64,000 bases of DNA. It comes from Stegostoma tigrinum (lineage: Eukaryota). Where the stretch lies: contig NC_081379.1 in the NCBI RefSeq assembly GCF_030684315.1, forward strand, positions 28,240,637 to 28,304,636, read 5' to 3'. Both the position numbers and the translations under genes were made by a program. Shown here piece after piece: positions 12,477 through 25,374 of the stretch (position 1 is its first letter; every line of letters begins with the position of its first letter). The notes beneath the pieces are model-generated. The model was not told the origin of the DNA and searched no databases. It saw only the letters and a program-made list of their open reading frames with translations.

Positions 12477-15474
12477 TATTTTACACTTAATCATGCACTA
12501 TTTCAATACAGGTAGGATTGTGTGAGCTTTCCCATCACATTCAATTTTCCTTCACATTCAGCTCAACCACTGGTTTGGCTGTTTCACAGTTCGATAGATG
12601 GTTGAGTTACTGTCTCTGTTCAAAGGCTGTAATGCATCCTGCCTTAGCAGTTGTTCAGTGAAAAGTCATTATGAATGTTTGGCTGCCTTTCAAGCCATTA
12701 ATGAATTTTGTTCAACAGGCCTGTTGACGCAGCCATTAAAAAGAGCGTGAGCTTGTTTATTTTGAAAGACTAATGAACTTTCAATGGAGAAAATTGTTTT
12801 TCAAGAGGCTAATCAAATAATGTTTGCTTATGTTGATAGATTTCTATGCTTTTAAGAAGACAATGGTTTTTAAAATGGCCATTTATATAATATTTGTTTT
12901 GTTCTTACACATTTTTGAACTTTAAGTCTCTTGAGTTTTACTTTGTAGAGGATAGAAGATGAGTGGGGTGGGGTATGTGGAGATTTGAGGAGATAATGGA
13001 AAGGGTGAGGAGGCTGAGGATTAACCTCATGGTTCACAGCCATGTCCAAAACTGGGCCAAAGATTCTGTGAATGGAGGTTGTCTCAGGATCAGTCACCTC
13101 AGTATCCCTTTAAGGTTTGCTGCGAGAGATGACAGGTTCAACTCCAGTACGCCCATCCTCTATTAGATGATAACAGCCTAGACAGGTATTGGCTGGTGGA
13201 AGGTGGATCAAAATGCCTACAAATCTCTTTCACACATCCAATTCCACCGAAAGGATGAAAAGCTGACCCGTGGCACATGGAATAGTCAATATGACATTAG
13301 GCACATAAAAGCAAAATAAAAAGACAGGGCATGATAGATTGGTTTGAAAGCAAGACAAATGAAACAGAAATGAAAATGAAAAAAAGTTAGCTCAAGTTTC
13401 AAACTAAACGCCTTCAACAATAATTAAAATCTGAAAAAAATGACTGTGAAATCGAAACGGCTCATTTGTATCCCTACTGTTGATGTTGGGCAATGATTAT
13501 CACAGTTAAAAAGGGTACCTAGGCTGGAATGGGCAAGTCTCAAATTGTTATGGTGAATTTATTCCTTAGTTGTGAAGTAAGTACAGAAATTTCCAGCTGT
13601 TTAATACACTTGACCAGAGAACCAGATGGTGAGATGTAATTCAAAAGAAGCTTTTGGAAGAACATCATATCGCAGACAGTCGGATTTCTGTGATTAACTG
13701 TGCATGTCCCTAAACTGAAAGTTGCTATGCAGCTTGTGTGTGAATAAGCTTTCCTATCACCATTATTGTCACAGCAAAACGAGTCCCAATGAAATACTTT
13801 GACAATCTTGCTGCCACGGTACTTCATCAGAGCAAATTACTTCTTTTAATAGGGTTGATGCCATCCAGCTATAAAAATGAGTTTCATTGCAGTCTGCACT
13901 GTAATAAGGGTGCTAGTGTTGTTGAAATGTTATAAATGAATTTCCACTTGTACTGAGAACAGTCTGTGCAAGCAATCCATTTGGCAGAAAGAGACCAAAT
14001 GCACCATTCCTAGCTTTCCATTGTACAGAAAAGGAGAACACTCTCTGGCAAAGTACCATTCAAGTTCTGAGCTGTTGAAGGAATTTGTCACTTTACAAAT
14101 AGCGTGGACGCTGCAAAATCATTTTATGGCTAGGAATCTTAATTCAGTCTTTTTAAGATAGACTTCTATTGACACCTTATCTCACTATCTTTCATCATTG
14201 TCATTTAAACCATGAGATGAGCAATAGATTTTCAGATCTTATTTTGAACGCTTAAAATAATAATCTCCACTTTAATACTTTTCATCCAAAAAGCTCTGGT
14301 AATCCTCAAATACCAAAAGTGACAGTGCGTTAAGAAGGAAGGGCAAAGATTTGTAGGCAATCACAAACAAAGTGCTTTCAGGAAAGTGCCTATAAAAGTG
14401 ACATCCCTCAAAATCAAAGAAATCCAAGCAGAAATAACCTCGAGATAATTTGCTCGAGGCGAATCTGCAAATACACACTTCTCTGAGGCCAGGAATTATT
14501 GCATTGGCTGAGTGGGGACAGTGCCCTAATTAAGCTCTCAAGGGGCTTAACCGATTGACTGCCATCATCCAAGTCTCCATATCATAGAAGCTCCCTTGGG
14601 GCTCAACAGGCATTCCTCATATTTTTGGGCCGACTACTTCCAGGCATGCTTTCTTTTTTAAAGGGTTCTTTTTTAAAAGGCTGGCTCACTTTCTACACAA
14701 TTTGTTTAAATTTCAAAGAAATAGTATTTTTTTAAAGGCTTCATACTGGGCAGACAGCAAGTAATAGCAAAGTTCATGTAGTAACCAATTTTTGTTTAGA
14801 AGGTATAGCAAAACAATCACTTCAATGTGATGGGATAGATCAGTTGTCTTCTGAAGGACTCATCTCTCTCTCAACTTACAACTGGAAAATTGTTCTGTTG
14901 AATTTTCTCCTACAGAATTCATCACTACAGATAATATGGATCTCATTAATTATAATAGGCAAACGATTATCTGCTATTTTGCAATCAGTACCAAAAACGT
15001 TGAGAGTCCAAAGATTTCAACACGAGTTTGACAACTTGACAAGCAAACATGTAGTTTTCTACCAGCTGTGCCTATCAATCACTGGAAAAATGAGAAAAAA
15101 AAACTTGTTTGTTTGCATCACATGCTTATTGGTTACAAAGAAACTGCTCTGAACTTCAAGGCAATGTCAAAGCTGATTAAATGTCACAGGATACTACATT
15201 GAACTGACAAGGGAATAGCTGGTCACTTAAGTCTGCTAATGTCTGTCGAACAAACAAATATGAAAACTGATAGCACACTTTTATAAAGGAAGATGCTGCT
15301 TTCTGTCATTACACCATTGATTTCATTGCAACAGAGGATGTTTTATTTTCTTCAATTTTATTGCAGCTTTAAAAGGGTTCCGTTAAATACTGTTTCCACT
15401 CCATCAATTTTAGGAGTTAGGTGTAGATCTCCATTTAAACAAAATGCTTTGTTGGGTTGATCATGTCATGATTA

Positions 15475-15808
15475 GGTGGCACGGGTAGCTCAGTGGTTAG
15501 CACTGCTGCCTCACAGCACCACGATCCCAGGTTCAATTCCAGCCTTGGGTGACTTCATGTGCGGAGTTTGCATGTTCTTGCCATGTCTGCATGGGTTTCC
15601 TCCCACAGTCCAAAGATGTACAGGTTAGGTGAACTGGCCATGTTAAATTGTCCAGTGGCTCCAGAGATGTGCAGGTTAGGTGGGAAATGCAAGGTTACAG
15701 GGATAGGATAGGGGACAGGTGTGGGTCTGGGTGGGATGCACTTCAGACAGTGTGTGTGGACATGATGGGCTGAATGGCCTGCTTTCATACTTTGGGAGTT
15801 CTGTGACT
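15475..15808 (+). mobile_element. HE1-type SINE, near full length
   Basis: A box tagctcagtgg, B box ggttcaattcc, V-type core and LINE-derived tail. Homologous to 47688-47986. Confidence 0.92.
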
Positions 15809-15819
15809 TTTGACAAGGT

Positions 15820-15995
15820 TAATGGAAGAATTTCTGCTCTACTTCAGGAAAGTGCTGCAGGGTTTTCTATGCCTATTTAATCAGACAGAAGGGCGACACT
15901 GAAAGAGAGCACCTCCATCAGCATCACACTGAAAAGGTAGCCAGCATTATCTGCACAAGTCTGGACTAAAGGTCAAAACCACAACTTCATGACCA
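15820..15995 (-). mobile_element. Degenerate DeuSINE/SacSINE-like SINE
   Basis: ctgctctacttcaggaaagtgc..gaaagagagcacctcc..cacactg resembles 22420-22592 and 31800-32070. Confidence 0.5.
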
Positions 15996-17849
15996 AAAAG
16001 CATGAGATTCCATCATTGTTAAGGCAGAAAGTAAGATGGCACTTTCTGTCTGTTGCAATGAGCAGAAATGAATAAGGGTAAACATTTGCCTGGAAAATCC
16101 ATGAATCAGTATAATTTGTGGCTAGAATACGTTTAAATAATTGATGAGAGAGCCAGGCATCATCCTGAAACTCAATGCTTGTGCAATCACCCAAAATCCA
16201 TGAAATTTAAAGCCCATTTTACAACATTAAGTCAGAAAACTAAGAACAATGGAGTAAATGCCAATGGTGTGATGTAAGTGAAAACAAATGTCACAATCAG
16301 GCATTGAAGTTGAAGGATCTTGCAAATTTCAGCTCTTTGTCTCCCCATTGGAATCTCTGTCTTCTGGGTGTTGTGGCACTTTTCTACGTCCATCTGTAAG
16401 TGTGGGATCTCCTGTTGAAGCTGCTTTCTAAAATTATGCTCACTCACTTACAGTTAAACTTTGAGCACCCAAGATGTATATTAGCAAGTGGCAGCAAGTG
16501 CTCACCTTTACAAAGGACCCAGGCCAGAAAATACCACAGGTAAAAGGCCTGGATCTGGGAAGGCAATTGCATCAGGGAGGATGCTGGCATCCCAGAGGAC
16601 TGTCACCTTCGTGCCTCCTCCTGAACTCAGTTCCGGATGGGTAAATCTGAGCTCAACCTCCATGCCCCATTGCCAACTGAAGCCCTTACATCATCACCGA
16701 ATGACCGCTGAAGGACCATTTAATGGCCCACACTGGTCAGGGCTATAATGGGTTGGCCCACCTGACTGGCAAAGTAGTGCAGCTTGGCTCTCAGTTTTGG
16801 AGAGAGATGATGTTGAGCAACCGAGAGCTAAATTGTCCTCCTGCAGGAGACAGAGTGCTGCTGCTGAGTCCAAGAACTACCAGCCTCTGGTGAGAATGTC
16901 TCCATTTGGGTTCAAATTGCCAGAAGAAGTTGGAAATCCTAAGTCTCACCTGGCATTCCTCATTTTCATGGGATTGGCATCGACATGGTTCATACATGTT
17001 TGATTCCTAAAGACAAGTGGCCTCCGCTGAAAATCTGAGTTTGGATTACTTTGAGTTTGAAATTCAGAGTGCGAAGATCAGACCAGGTAAGAGGGCATCT
17101 GTTCTCAGTGTATTTTCTTTTAATTAGCCAGGAGTCAACACACAAGGGCTGAGGTACTCTTGCAGGTGTAATCCCAAGTTTATTTGGGTTTGGAGGGGGT
17201 GGTCAGGGATCCTTTCAGGTGACTGGAAAGGAGAGATGAGGGCATCAGGTATCTCTTTTGAGGATAAAAGTCAGGGAGTTCTTTGTGGGGAGGACCATTA
17301 GGCACACAATGGGTTTGCTAATCTTGGACAAGACTGACCATAAATGTAAACACTTCACAACTGTCCATTGAGTTAAAGCCTGTCAATAAGTGTCACCAAG
17401 TATCCAGAAATGTCAACACTTACTGTCCTTTCAAGAAATGTCCAAAGTGCCAAGGTCTGTACTAATGAATGAGTGACTTTTTCGATGTAGTGTAGCTTTC
17501 AGTATAGAAATTCAAGTAAGAGAACTGGTTAATTTCCCATTTTTGCATGGTTATTTTTTGGTACATACTCAGTTGGTATGAGAAGTGAAGGAGGTAAGCG
17601 TTAGCGAGTTTTGAGAAGATTTGTAGCTCAGGTTGAGATTCTGGATGTAAGTTTGCTCGCTGAGCTGGAAGGTTCATTTTCAGACTTTCCATCACCATTC
17701 TAACATCATCAGTGAGCCTCCGGTGAAGCGCTGGTGTTATGTTCTGCTTTCTATTTATCTGCTTAGGTTTCCTTGGGTTAGTAACGTCATTTCCTGTGTT
17801 GAGGATGTCATTTCCTGTGTTGGTGATGTCATTTCCTGTTCTTTTTCTG

Positions 17850-18428
17850 AGAGAGTGGTAGATGGGCTCCAAATCAATGTGTTTGTTGATGGAGTTCCGG
17901 TTGGAATGCCATGCTTCTAGGAATTCTCATGCATGTCTCTGTTTGGCTTGTCCTAGGATGGATCTGTTGTCCCAATCAAAGTGGTGTCCTTCCTCATCTG
18001 TATGTAAGGATACGAGTGATAGTGGGTCATGTCGTTTTGTGGCTGGTTGATGTTCATGTATCCTGGTGGCTAGCTTTCTGCCTGTTTGTCCAATGTAGTG
18101 TTTGTCACAGTTCTTACAAGGTATTTTGTAGATGACGTTCGTTTTGTTTGTTGTCTGTATAGGGTCTTTTAAGTTCATTAGCTGCTGTTTTAGTGTGTTG
18201 GTGTGTTTGTGGGCTACCCTGATGCCAAGAGGTCCGAGTAGTCTGGCAGTCATTTCGGAAACGTCTTTGATGTAGGGGAGAGTGGTTATGGTTTCTGAGC
18301 CCATTTTATCTGTTTGTTTGGGTTTGTTGCTGAGAAATCGGCGGACTGTGTTCATTGGGTGCCCGTTCTTTTTGAATATGCTGTATAGGTGATTTTCTTC
18401 TGCTCTTCGAAGATCCTCTGTGCTGCAG
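17850..18428 (-). pseudogene. Inverted second copy of the PLE thumb plus GIY-YIG region
   Basis: ORF 17927-18448 is nearly identical to ORF 18793-19170 and ends at the same TGA. Confidence 0.9.
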
Positions 18429-18429
18429 A

Positions 18430-19300
18430 CCATCTTCAAGACCATCAATAATACCCTTTACTGGCGTAGCATTCATAAAAGAGGAGGAAAACAACAGCAA
18501 ACTGCCATTCCTAGATGTCACAGTAGAGCGAACAGCCAATGGGGAACTTCAAACCAGCGTTTACAGGAAAACAACACATACGGACCAAATACTGAACTAC
18601 AGGAGCAACCATCCCAACACCCACAAACGAAGCTGCATTAGAACATTATTCCAACGAGCCACCACACACTGCAGCACAAAGGAACTACGCAGAGCAGAAG
18701 AAAATCACCAATACAGCATATTCAAAAAGAACGGGTACCCAATGAACACAGTCCGCTGATTTCTCAGCAACAAACCCAAACAAACAGATAAAATGGGCTC
18801 AGAAACCATAACCACTCTCCCCTACATCAAAGACGTTTCCGAAATGACTGCCAGACTACTCGGACCTCTTGGCATCATGGTAGCCCACAAACCCACCAAC
18901 ACACTAAAACAGCAGCTAATGAACTTAAAAGACCCTGTACAGACAACAAACAAAACGAACGTCATCTACAAAATACCTTGTAAGAACTGTGACAAACACT
19001 ACATTGGACAAACAGGCAGAAAGCTAGCCACCAGGATACATGAACATCAACTAGCCACAAAACGACATGACCCACTATCACTCGTATCCTTACATACAGA
19101 TGAGGAAGGACACCACTTTGATTGGGACAACAGATCCATCCTAGGACAAGCCAAACAGAGACATGCATGAGAATTCCTAGAAGCATGGCATTCCAACCGG
19201 AACTCCATCAACAAACACATTGATTTGGAGCCCATCTACCACTCTCTCAGAAAAAGAACAGGAAATGATATCAACACAGGAAATGATATCACCAACCCAA
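18430..19300 (+). pseudogene. PLE RT C-terminus/thumb plus GIY-YIG endonuclease, disrupted
   Basis: EEENNSKLPFLDVTVER..SVYRKTTHTDQILNYRSNHP..NVIYKIPCKNCDKHYIGQTGRKLATRIHEH. Stops at ~18758 and 19168. Confidence 0.9.
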
Positions 19301-19356
19301 GGAAACCTAAACAGATAAATAGAAAGTGGAACATACACCAGCACTTCACCGGAGCC

Positions 19357-19396
19357 TCACTGATGAAGTTACCTAGAATGGTGACGGAACATCCGA
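19357..19396 (+). ncRNA. Mutated minimal HHR of the Poseidon-type PLE (second mutated copy at ~17680-17714 on minus)
   Basis: tcaCTGATGA-agttacc-tagaat-ggtgac-GGAAC-ATC. Stem II gttacc/ggtgac is retained; GAAA is changed to GGAA. Confidence 0.7.
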
Positions 19397-20221
19397 AAAT
19401 GAACCTTCCAGCTCAGCGAGCAAACTTACATCCCGAAGAGGTAAGAGTTGTGGGCATAAGTAGGCACTAAGCTGGCATAGAGGAATGAGGGGCCATGGCG
19501 TTTGGATAGAAGGAATTAAGTAGCATGGGTAGGGCATAGGAAATGTACGTGGCTGAGGGGAGTGTCAGGGATGTGACTGATGAGAGTTGGAAGAATGTTT
19601 CATCTTTCTGTCCTATTGGAGAGCTAGGGATCCATCTGGAGTTAAGACACTTTTGTTAGAGATAAGACACTGTTCGGGAGAGATAAGGCATCCTTCAACA
19701 ATCTGCAAAGGCATGTTTGTATGCAAAAGGTACATAAATTTATTGGGACTGGCAAAGTTGCCAAGGAACTAATCAAAATGAAGAGTTAACAAAAAAAAAC
19801 AATGCTAACTATTTTGGAGTACCTGTTCACATCAATCCATTCTAAGATTTGTGCTGCATGACTGACTTCTCAAACTATAATATTACTGTGACGTGCCTGC
19901 ATAATACATTGATCATGAGTGAAATGTTTGCTTACCTACATCATTGAGCACTTAGGTTAGGTGTTTATTTTCATTAGGGATTAGTTGAAGCAGTTTCATT
20001 TTACTGGATTTTTTTGTATGAATGAGAGGGTGAGGTGGAAGGTAGGATTAGCGATGAGGACAATGATGTGGAAGAACAAGGAGTTAAGATTTCAAGATTA
20101 GCATCGGAAATGGCAGATGATTCTGAGTTGGTTCATAAATCAAAGTTTAGCTTCTGACATTAAATTTCAACCTGTGAGGGACAGAAGTTGGGGAAAACTC
20201 CCACAAACAGCTATGACCAGA

Positions 20222-22318
20222 CCACCCACAACCTCATCACTTCAGGTGACCTCTCACCCACAGCCTCAAACCGAATCGTTCCCAAATGCCGCACCGCCTG
20301 CTTCTATCTCCTTCCCAAAATCCACAAACCTGACTGCCCTGGTCGACCCATTGTCTCCACCTTCTCCTGCCCCACCGAACTCATCTCCAATGATCTAGAC
20401 TCCATTTTCTCCACCCGGTCCAGGAACTCCCCATCTACGTCTGTGACAGTACCCATGCCGTACACCACCTCCAAAACTTCCGATTCCCTGGTCCCTAACA
20501 CCTCATCTTCACCATGGATGTCCAGTCCCTATACACTTGCATTCCCCTTTCAGATGGCCTAAAGGCCCATGTCTTCATCCTGTCCCGCAGGCCCGACCAG
20601 TCCCCCTCCACTGATACCCTTGTCCATTTATCTGAACTCGTCCTCACCCCAAGTAACTTCTCCTTCAATTCCTCCCACTTCCTACAGACAAATGGGGTGA
20701 CCATGGGTACCCGCATGGACCCAAGCTATGCCTGCCTCTTCATAGGATACGTGGAACAATCCCTTTTCCGAAGCCCTATCCCCCACATCTTCTTCCATAA
20801 TATTGATTGTATCAGCGCCGTTTTGTGCTCCCACAAGCAGCTTGAACAGTTCATCCACTTCACTGACACCTTCCACCCCAACCTTAAGTTCACCTTGACC
20901 ATCTCCGATACCTCTCTCCTTCCTGGACCTCTCTGTCTCCATCTCTGGCAACCACCTGGAAGCCGATATCCATTTCAAGCTCACTGACTCCCACAGGTAG
21001 CTAGAATGTACCGCCTCTCACCCACCATCCTTTGCCTCCGCTGCATCTGCTCGTTTTTCGAGGGCCACAACTTCCTCTACACAGTGGTCAAAAACACCTT
21101 TGACCATGTCTCCCGCATTTCCCACACCTCATCCCTCACACCCCCTCCCCACAATATCAACAAAGACAGAATTCTCCTTCATCCTCACGTACCACCCCAC
21201 CAAACTCCGGATCCAACACATCATCCTCTGCCACTTCCACCATCTGCAATCTGACCCCACTACCAAGGATATTTTACACCACGCCCCCATCCTTATCTGC
21301 CAGAGGGACCGCTCTCTCCAAGACTCCCTCCTCCACTCCACACTCCCCACCAGCCCCATCACCCCAGGCACTTTTCCCTGCAACTGCAGGAAGTGCTACA
21401 CCTGCCCATACACCTCCCCCTTCACCCCCATCCCAGGCCCCAAGAAAACCTTCCACATCAAACAGATGTTCACCTGTACATCTGCTAATGTGGTATATTG
21501 TATCCGCTGTTCCCGATGAGGCCTCCTCTACATCAGGGAAACCAAGCAGCAGCATGGAGATAGTAGGAACTGCAGATGCTGGAGAATCTGAGATAACAAG
21601 GTGTGGAGCTGGATGAACACATCAGGCCAAGCAGCATCTGAGGAGCAGGAAAGCTGACATTTCAGAAGGGTCCAGGCCTGAAGCATCAGCTTTCCTGCTC
21701 CTCTGCTGCTTGGCCTGCTGTGTTCATCCAGCTCTATACCTTGTTATCTTGGAGACCACTTTGTGGAACACCTACACTCAGTTCGTGGCGAACGACTATA
21801 CCTGCCAGTTGTGAACCTTTTCAACTCCCCCTCCCACTCATTGAATGACATGTCATTCCTGGGCCTCCTCCAATGCCACAACAATGGCACCCAAAGGTTG
21901 CAGGAACAGCAACTCATATTCTGCTTGGGAACCCTGCAGCCCAACAGTATCAATGTGGACTTCACAAGCCTCAAAATCTCCCCACCCCCCCCCCCCCCAA
22001 CTCATCCCAAAACCTGCCCAGCTCATCCCTGCCTCACAAACCTGTCCGTCCTTTTTCCCACCTATCCACTCCTCCCACCTCAACCCCCACCCACACCTCC
22101 TACCTACCAGCCCCATCCCCACCTCCTTGGCCTGCCCGTCTCCTCTCCACCTATCTTCTCCTTTATCCATCTTCTATCTCCCTCCCCCTCTCTATTTATT
22201 TCAGAATCCCCTTCCCCTCCCCTATTTCTGAAGAAGGGTCTACACCCAAAACATCAGCCTTCCTGCTCCTCTGATGCTGCTTGGCCTGCTGTGTTCATCC
22301 AGCTCCACACCTTGTTAT
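20222..22318 (+). mobile_element. Neptune-type PLE (family A), 5'-truncated and frameshifted
   Basis: [43 protein letters not shown], Cys linker CNCRKCYTC, VVYCIRCSR. C-rich 3' UTR. Degenerate HHR at ~22228-22256. TSD ctatg(a/t)ccaga at 20211-20221 and 22319-22329. Confidence 0.93.
21557..21749 (-). mobile_element. PLE family A fold-back mini-insertion nested in the GIY-YIG region of a family A copy
   Basis: Interrupts ETKQQ..GDHFVEH. tggaga is repeated at 21555-21560 and 21750-21755. Confidence 0.9.
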
Positions 22319-22419
22319 CTATGTCCAGATAGCGTGCTTTGTCTGATACTGCTTCAGGAATAAGTGTTGACAGGGCACCAGGCCTTGCTGCTCTGCTCAT
22401 CTCTGACCTTTCACCATCA

Positions 22420-22592
22420 GCCAGAAAGGCAGGTGGGGCTGCCCGAAAGACAGCTCATCCAACAATGCACTGTTGCTTCAATACTGGGTACTAGAGAGTT
22501 CGCCTTGATTTACATGTTCAGGCCCTGGAATGGGGCTTGAAATCAGACTCTTGTGATTTACAGAGAAGTATGATACAAACTGAGGCACAGCA
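22420..22592 (-). mobile_element. SacSINE/DeuSINE-like SINE, 5' part
   Basis: Minus strand gctgtgcctcagtttgtatcatact..ttcaagccccattccaggg..cagtattgaagcaacagtgcattgttggatgagctgtctttcgg: tRNA-like head plus Deu-like core (recall). Confidence 0.65.
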
Positions 22593-25374
22593 GCAGGATA
22601 CAGAACTACTTGACACAAGGAAGAGATGCCATGTTAACACAGCACTTGCTCGAGTTCTTCTCATCCTCATGCTCGCGGTAACTGAGCAATTAAAATAGCT
22701 GCAATGTCCTGTCCTTCTTTTCCACAAAATTAATGAGCTAGTTGCAAATGACAGCTGCTGTCCTCGAGTGTGCTAAGCTATTGCACTGTCAAGAGCAGGT
22801 GATGCTTTTCATTTCATTTTCTCTATTGTGGGGGTGATCACCTTTTGCTTGAAAGTCCGAATCAGCTAGCGCGACAACATGTTAGAGGATTTAATGTCAA
22901 ATTCCTGATCAGACACTGTCAGTCTCAAACACTGCCGATCTGCTCTGCCTCAAGTCACAGTCATGTAGGGTTCTGATGTTACCATAACAATGCACTCTCA
23001 TCAGAATTTCAAAAGAGCACCACCTACAGTGTCGACATGACATCATTCTCTCTCCCCTGGTTTTCCAAATTTAAGTGTATAGATTGTGTGTACAAACTAT
23101 AGATTCATATGTGTGTGTATATATATAAGTTGCAAATAAAAAAAAAGTGTTTTGTTTGGACATTCTGCTCATTACTGGCTTGGAAGAGCTCATTATCAGC
23201 CCAGGCAGGAGATGGTAATAACTGCCCTAGGCCCAGTAATGACCATAATGTTCCAACACAATGCTATTATTGTTATTATGATGCATTTCAGCGTTATATT
23301 TGAACATTTATTTAATGCGGCATCTGCTTTGTGGGATTGAACAGATGTTTGTCACTGTGCCTGCACTGATAAGCACCTTGTACAATCTGCTTTGTCACAC
23401 AGGCTGATGTACACTTCAGTTTCAGTGAATGGCCTGCACCTTCTTTATAGCAACAGATCAGCAGATAACAACAACTAGCCTAATTAGCTGCCAAATGAAT
23501 AATCCAACTGGTTGTCAAAACCTGGGTCAATTCACATTGGGGTCCATTCTTAAAAAAACACAATTATCCTTAGCTTACTTTTCTTTTGACTGTAGGTGTA
23601 GCCTATCAGAGTAGTGTAGGTCTAAAACAGGTTTGAAATTTAAATGCTTCAATTAAAAACTATTCTGTTTTGAGCTATGGAGATTAGCTCAACCTATTTG
23701 AATCAAATGGATTTCTGACAACAGAATATTCAAATTAAATGTGCAATTAGTCTGTTTATAAATTGCAGGCCAACTCTCGGGAACCCATTGCAATCCAAGA
23801 GATTGGACTATTTCAGTCACTTTCTCTATGTGTGTTTTATGTCCTTGGTGGCCTCTAAGCTTCAGTTTTATAGTAATGCTTTCCGGATCCACTTTGAGAT
23901 GATCACAGTCAGTGCTGTTCACTAGGACAAAGCAGCCTGCTGCTCAGGCGCAACTTGTCACCCACCAAAGAATTGAAGGCAATTGCCTGTCACCCATGAT
24001 TTGGAAGCCCCAAGGTTTTTGATGGGCAGGAACAATGCAAGCTCTCCCCCATGCTACATCAGTTCCAGGCAGTATTTGCTTCAATAATTACTCCTTATCA
24101 ATCCGAATCTCAAACTCGATTGTCCTTCTAAGAGCTTACTGCCCAAGGTGAGCAAAAGGGGATCATGTCAAGAGATAAATGTCAAAATATTTGTATTTTC
24201 CTGGGAAGGCATTTCATTAGTCACTGAGAGTGCTTTTATTCTCAATCTTTTCAAGTGGCATTTTGTTACAGAGTGCCAAATTAAATGGAACTAACAGGCA
24301 AAGTTACAAATGAGCTGGAGGCATCTGATTCCCATTAACATTAAGACAAAGACACAGCTACTTACAGAGGAAACTACTGACAGTAATACAATTACAACAA
24401 ATATTACTTCCTCCTAAATGCTTCACAGCTGATCCTTATTCAAATATTTTTCAGATTGGACAGTCCTTCTCTTTAAGCAATTATTGCTGTTCATTTCCTT
24501 TCATACCTACTCGTTATCCACATTTTGTACATATATCCACATGTCTATTCTCCTCCCATTTCATGTTTTAAAGAACATCGCTGCACTTGGAATATCTTGC
24601 ATATGCCAAGCATTGGTTGCCTTGAAACTTCTGATCTCAATTGATCCAAAATGTTACAAGGTGAAGGTCAGAAAGTTCAGGTGCTGAGGCTGTCATTACC
24701 TGTCTAGGATTTCTCTCTCTCTCGCCAACTCCCCCCACAGGACTGTTACTGCCCATATCTGCCTCAGCCAATTTATAATCCACTTTTAATCAAACCTAGC
24801 ATGGATGACTTGTTCTCAGTTGGCAAATCTAGAGTGCTACCCTCAAGGAACGCACATTGGATCAGCAGTTTTAATGTCCGTGCCTGACTGCTAAATGGCA
24901 AATAAATTCAAAGGGCTCCACTTTAAATGTAAAATCAACTTAAAAGGGAAATCTGTAAATTTTGCTTTGATACACATATTCTTTTTGCCTTGTACCCTCT
25001 TGGGTCCTTCTATTTCACACATTGGAAAAAGAACAAAATGGTAGTCTCCCTTTAGTGCACTTCTATCACTAATCCATAAGCAGCTGCTGAGAGGGTTCTC
25101 AATCGACAGCACCTCGGGATTCCCTCCTTGGGCGTGCACCTCACTGCTTTTTTGGATTCCTTTTCACAACTGAGTGACCAAGATCTGAAACTACTCAGGT
25201 GAATGTTAATGGTTATCATTTGGATCCTGCCACAGTGGCACTGTGCCATCACTGAAAGTGTGCAGCTGGGCTCATTAAAAAGCTAGAATGAAATAGGAAT
25301 TTGCACAGTAACTCATTCTCATAATGTTCCCATTCAAAGTCTGTGTAATATTTCTATAATTATAAAATTGCACA

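Larger units (their letters stand above)
17599..19437. mobile_element. Penelope/Poseidon-type PLE insertion forming a large inverted repeat
   Basis: Minus arm ~17599-18428 carries the full 3' tail. Plus arm ~18429-19434 lacks the last ~40 nt. Inverted homology 17642-18428 vs 18669-19432. TSD gaggtaag at 17591-17598 and 19438-19445. Confidence 0.93.

Noticed and set aside
21985-21998. Poly-proline ORFs
   Set aside because: They come from a poly-C run in the PLE 3' region.
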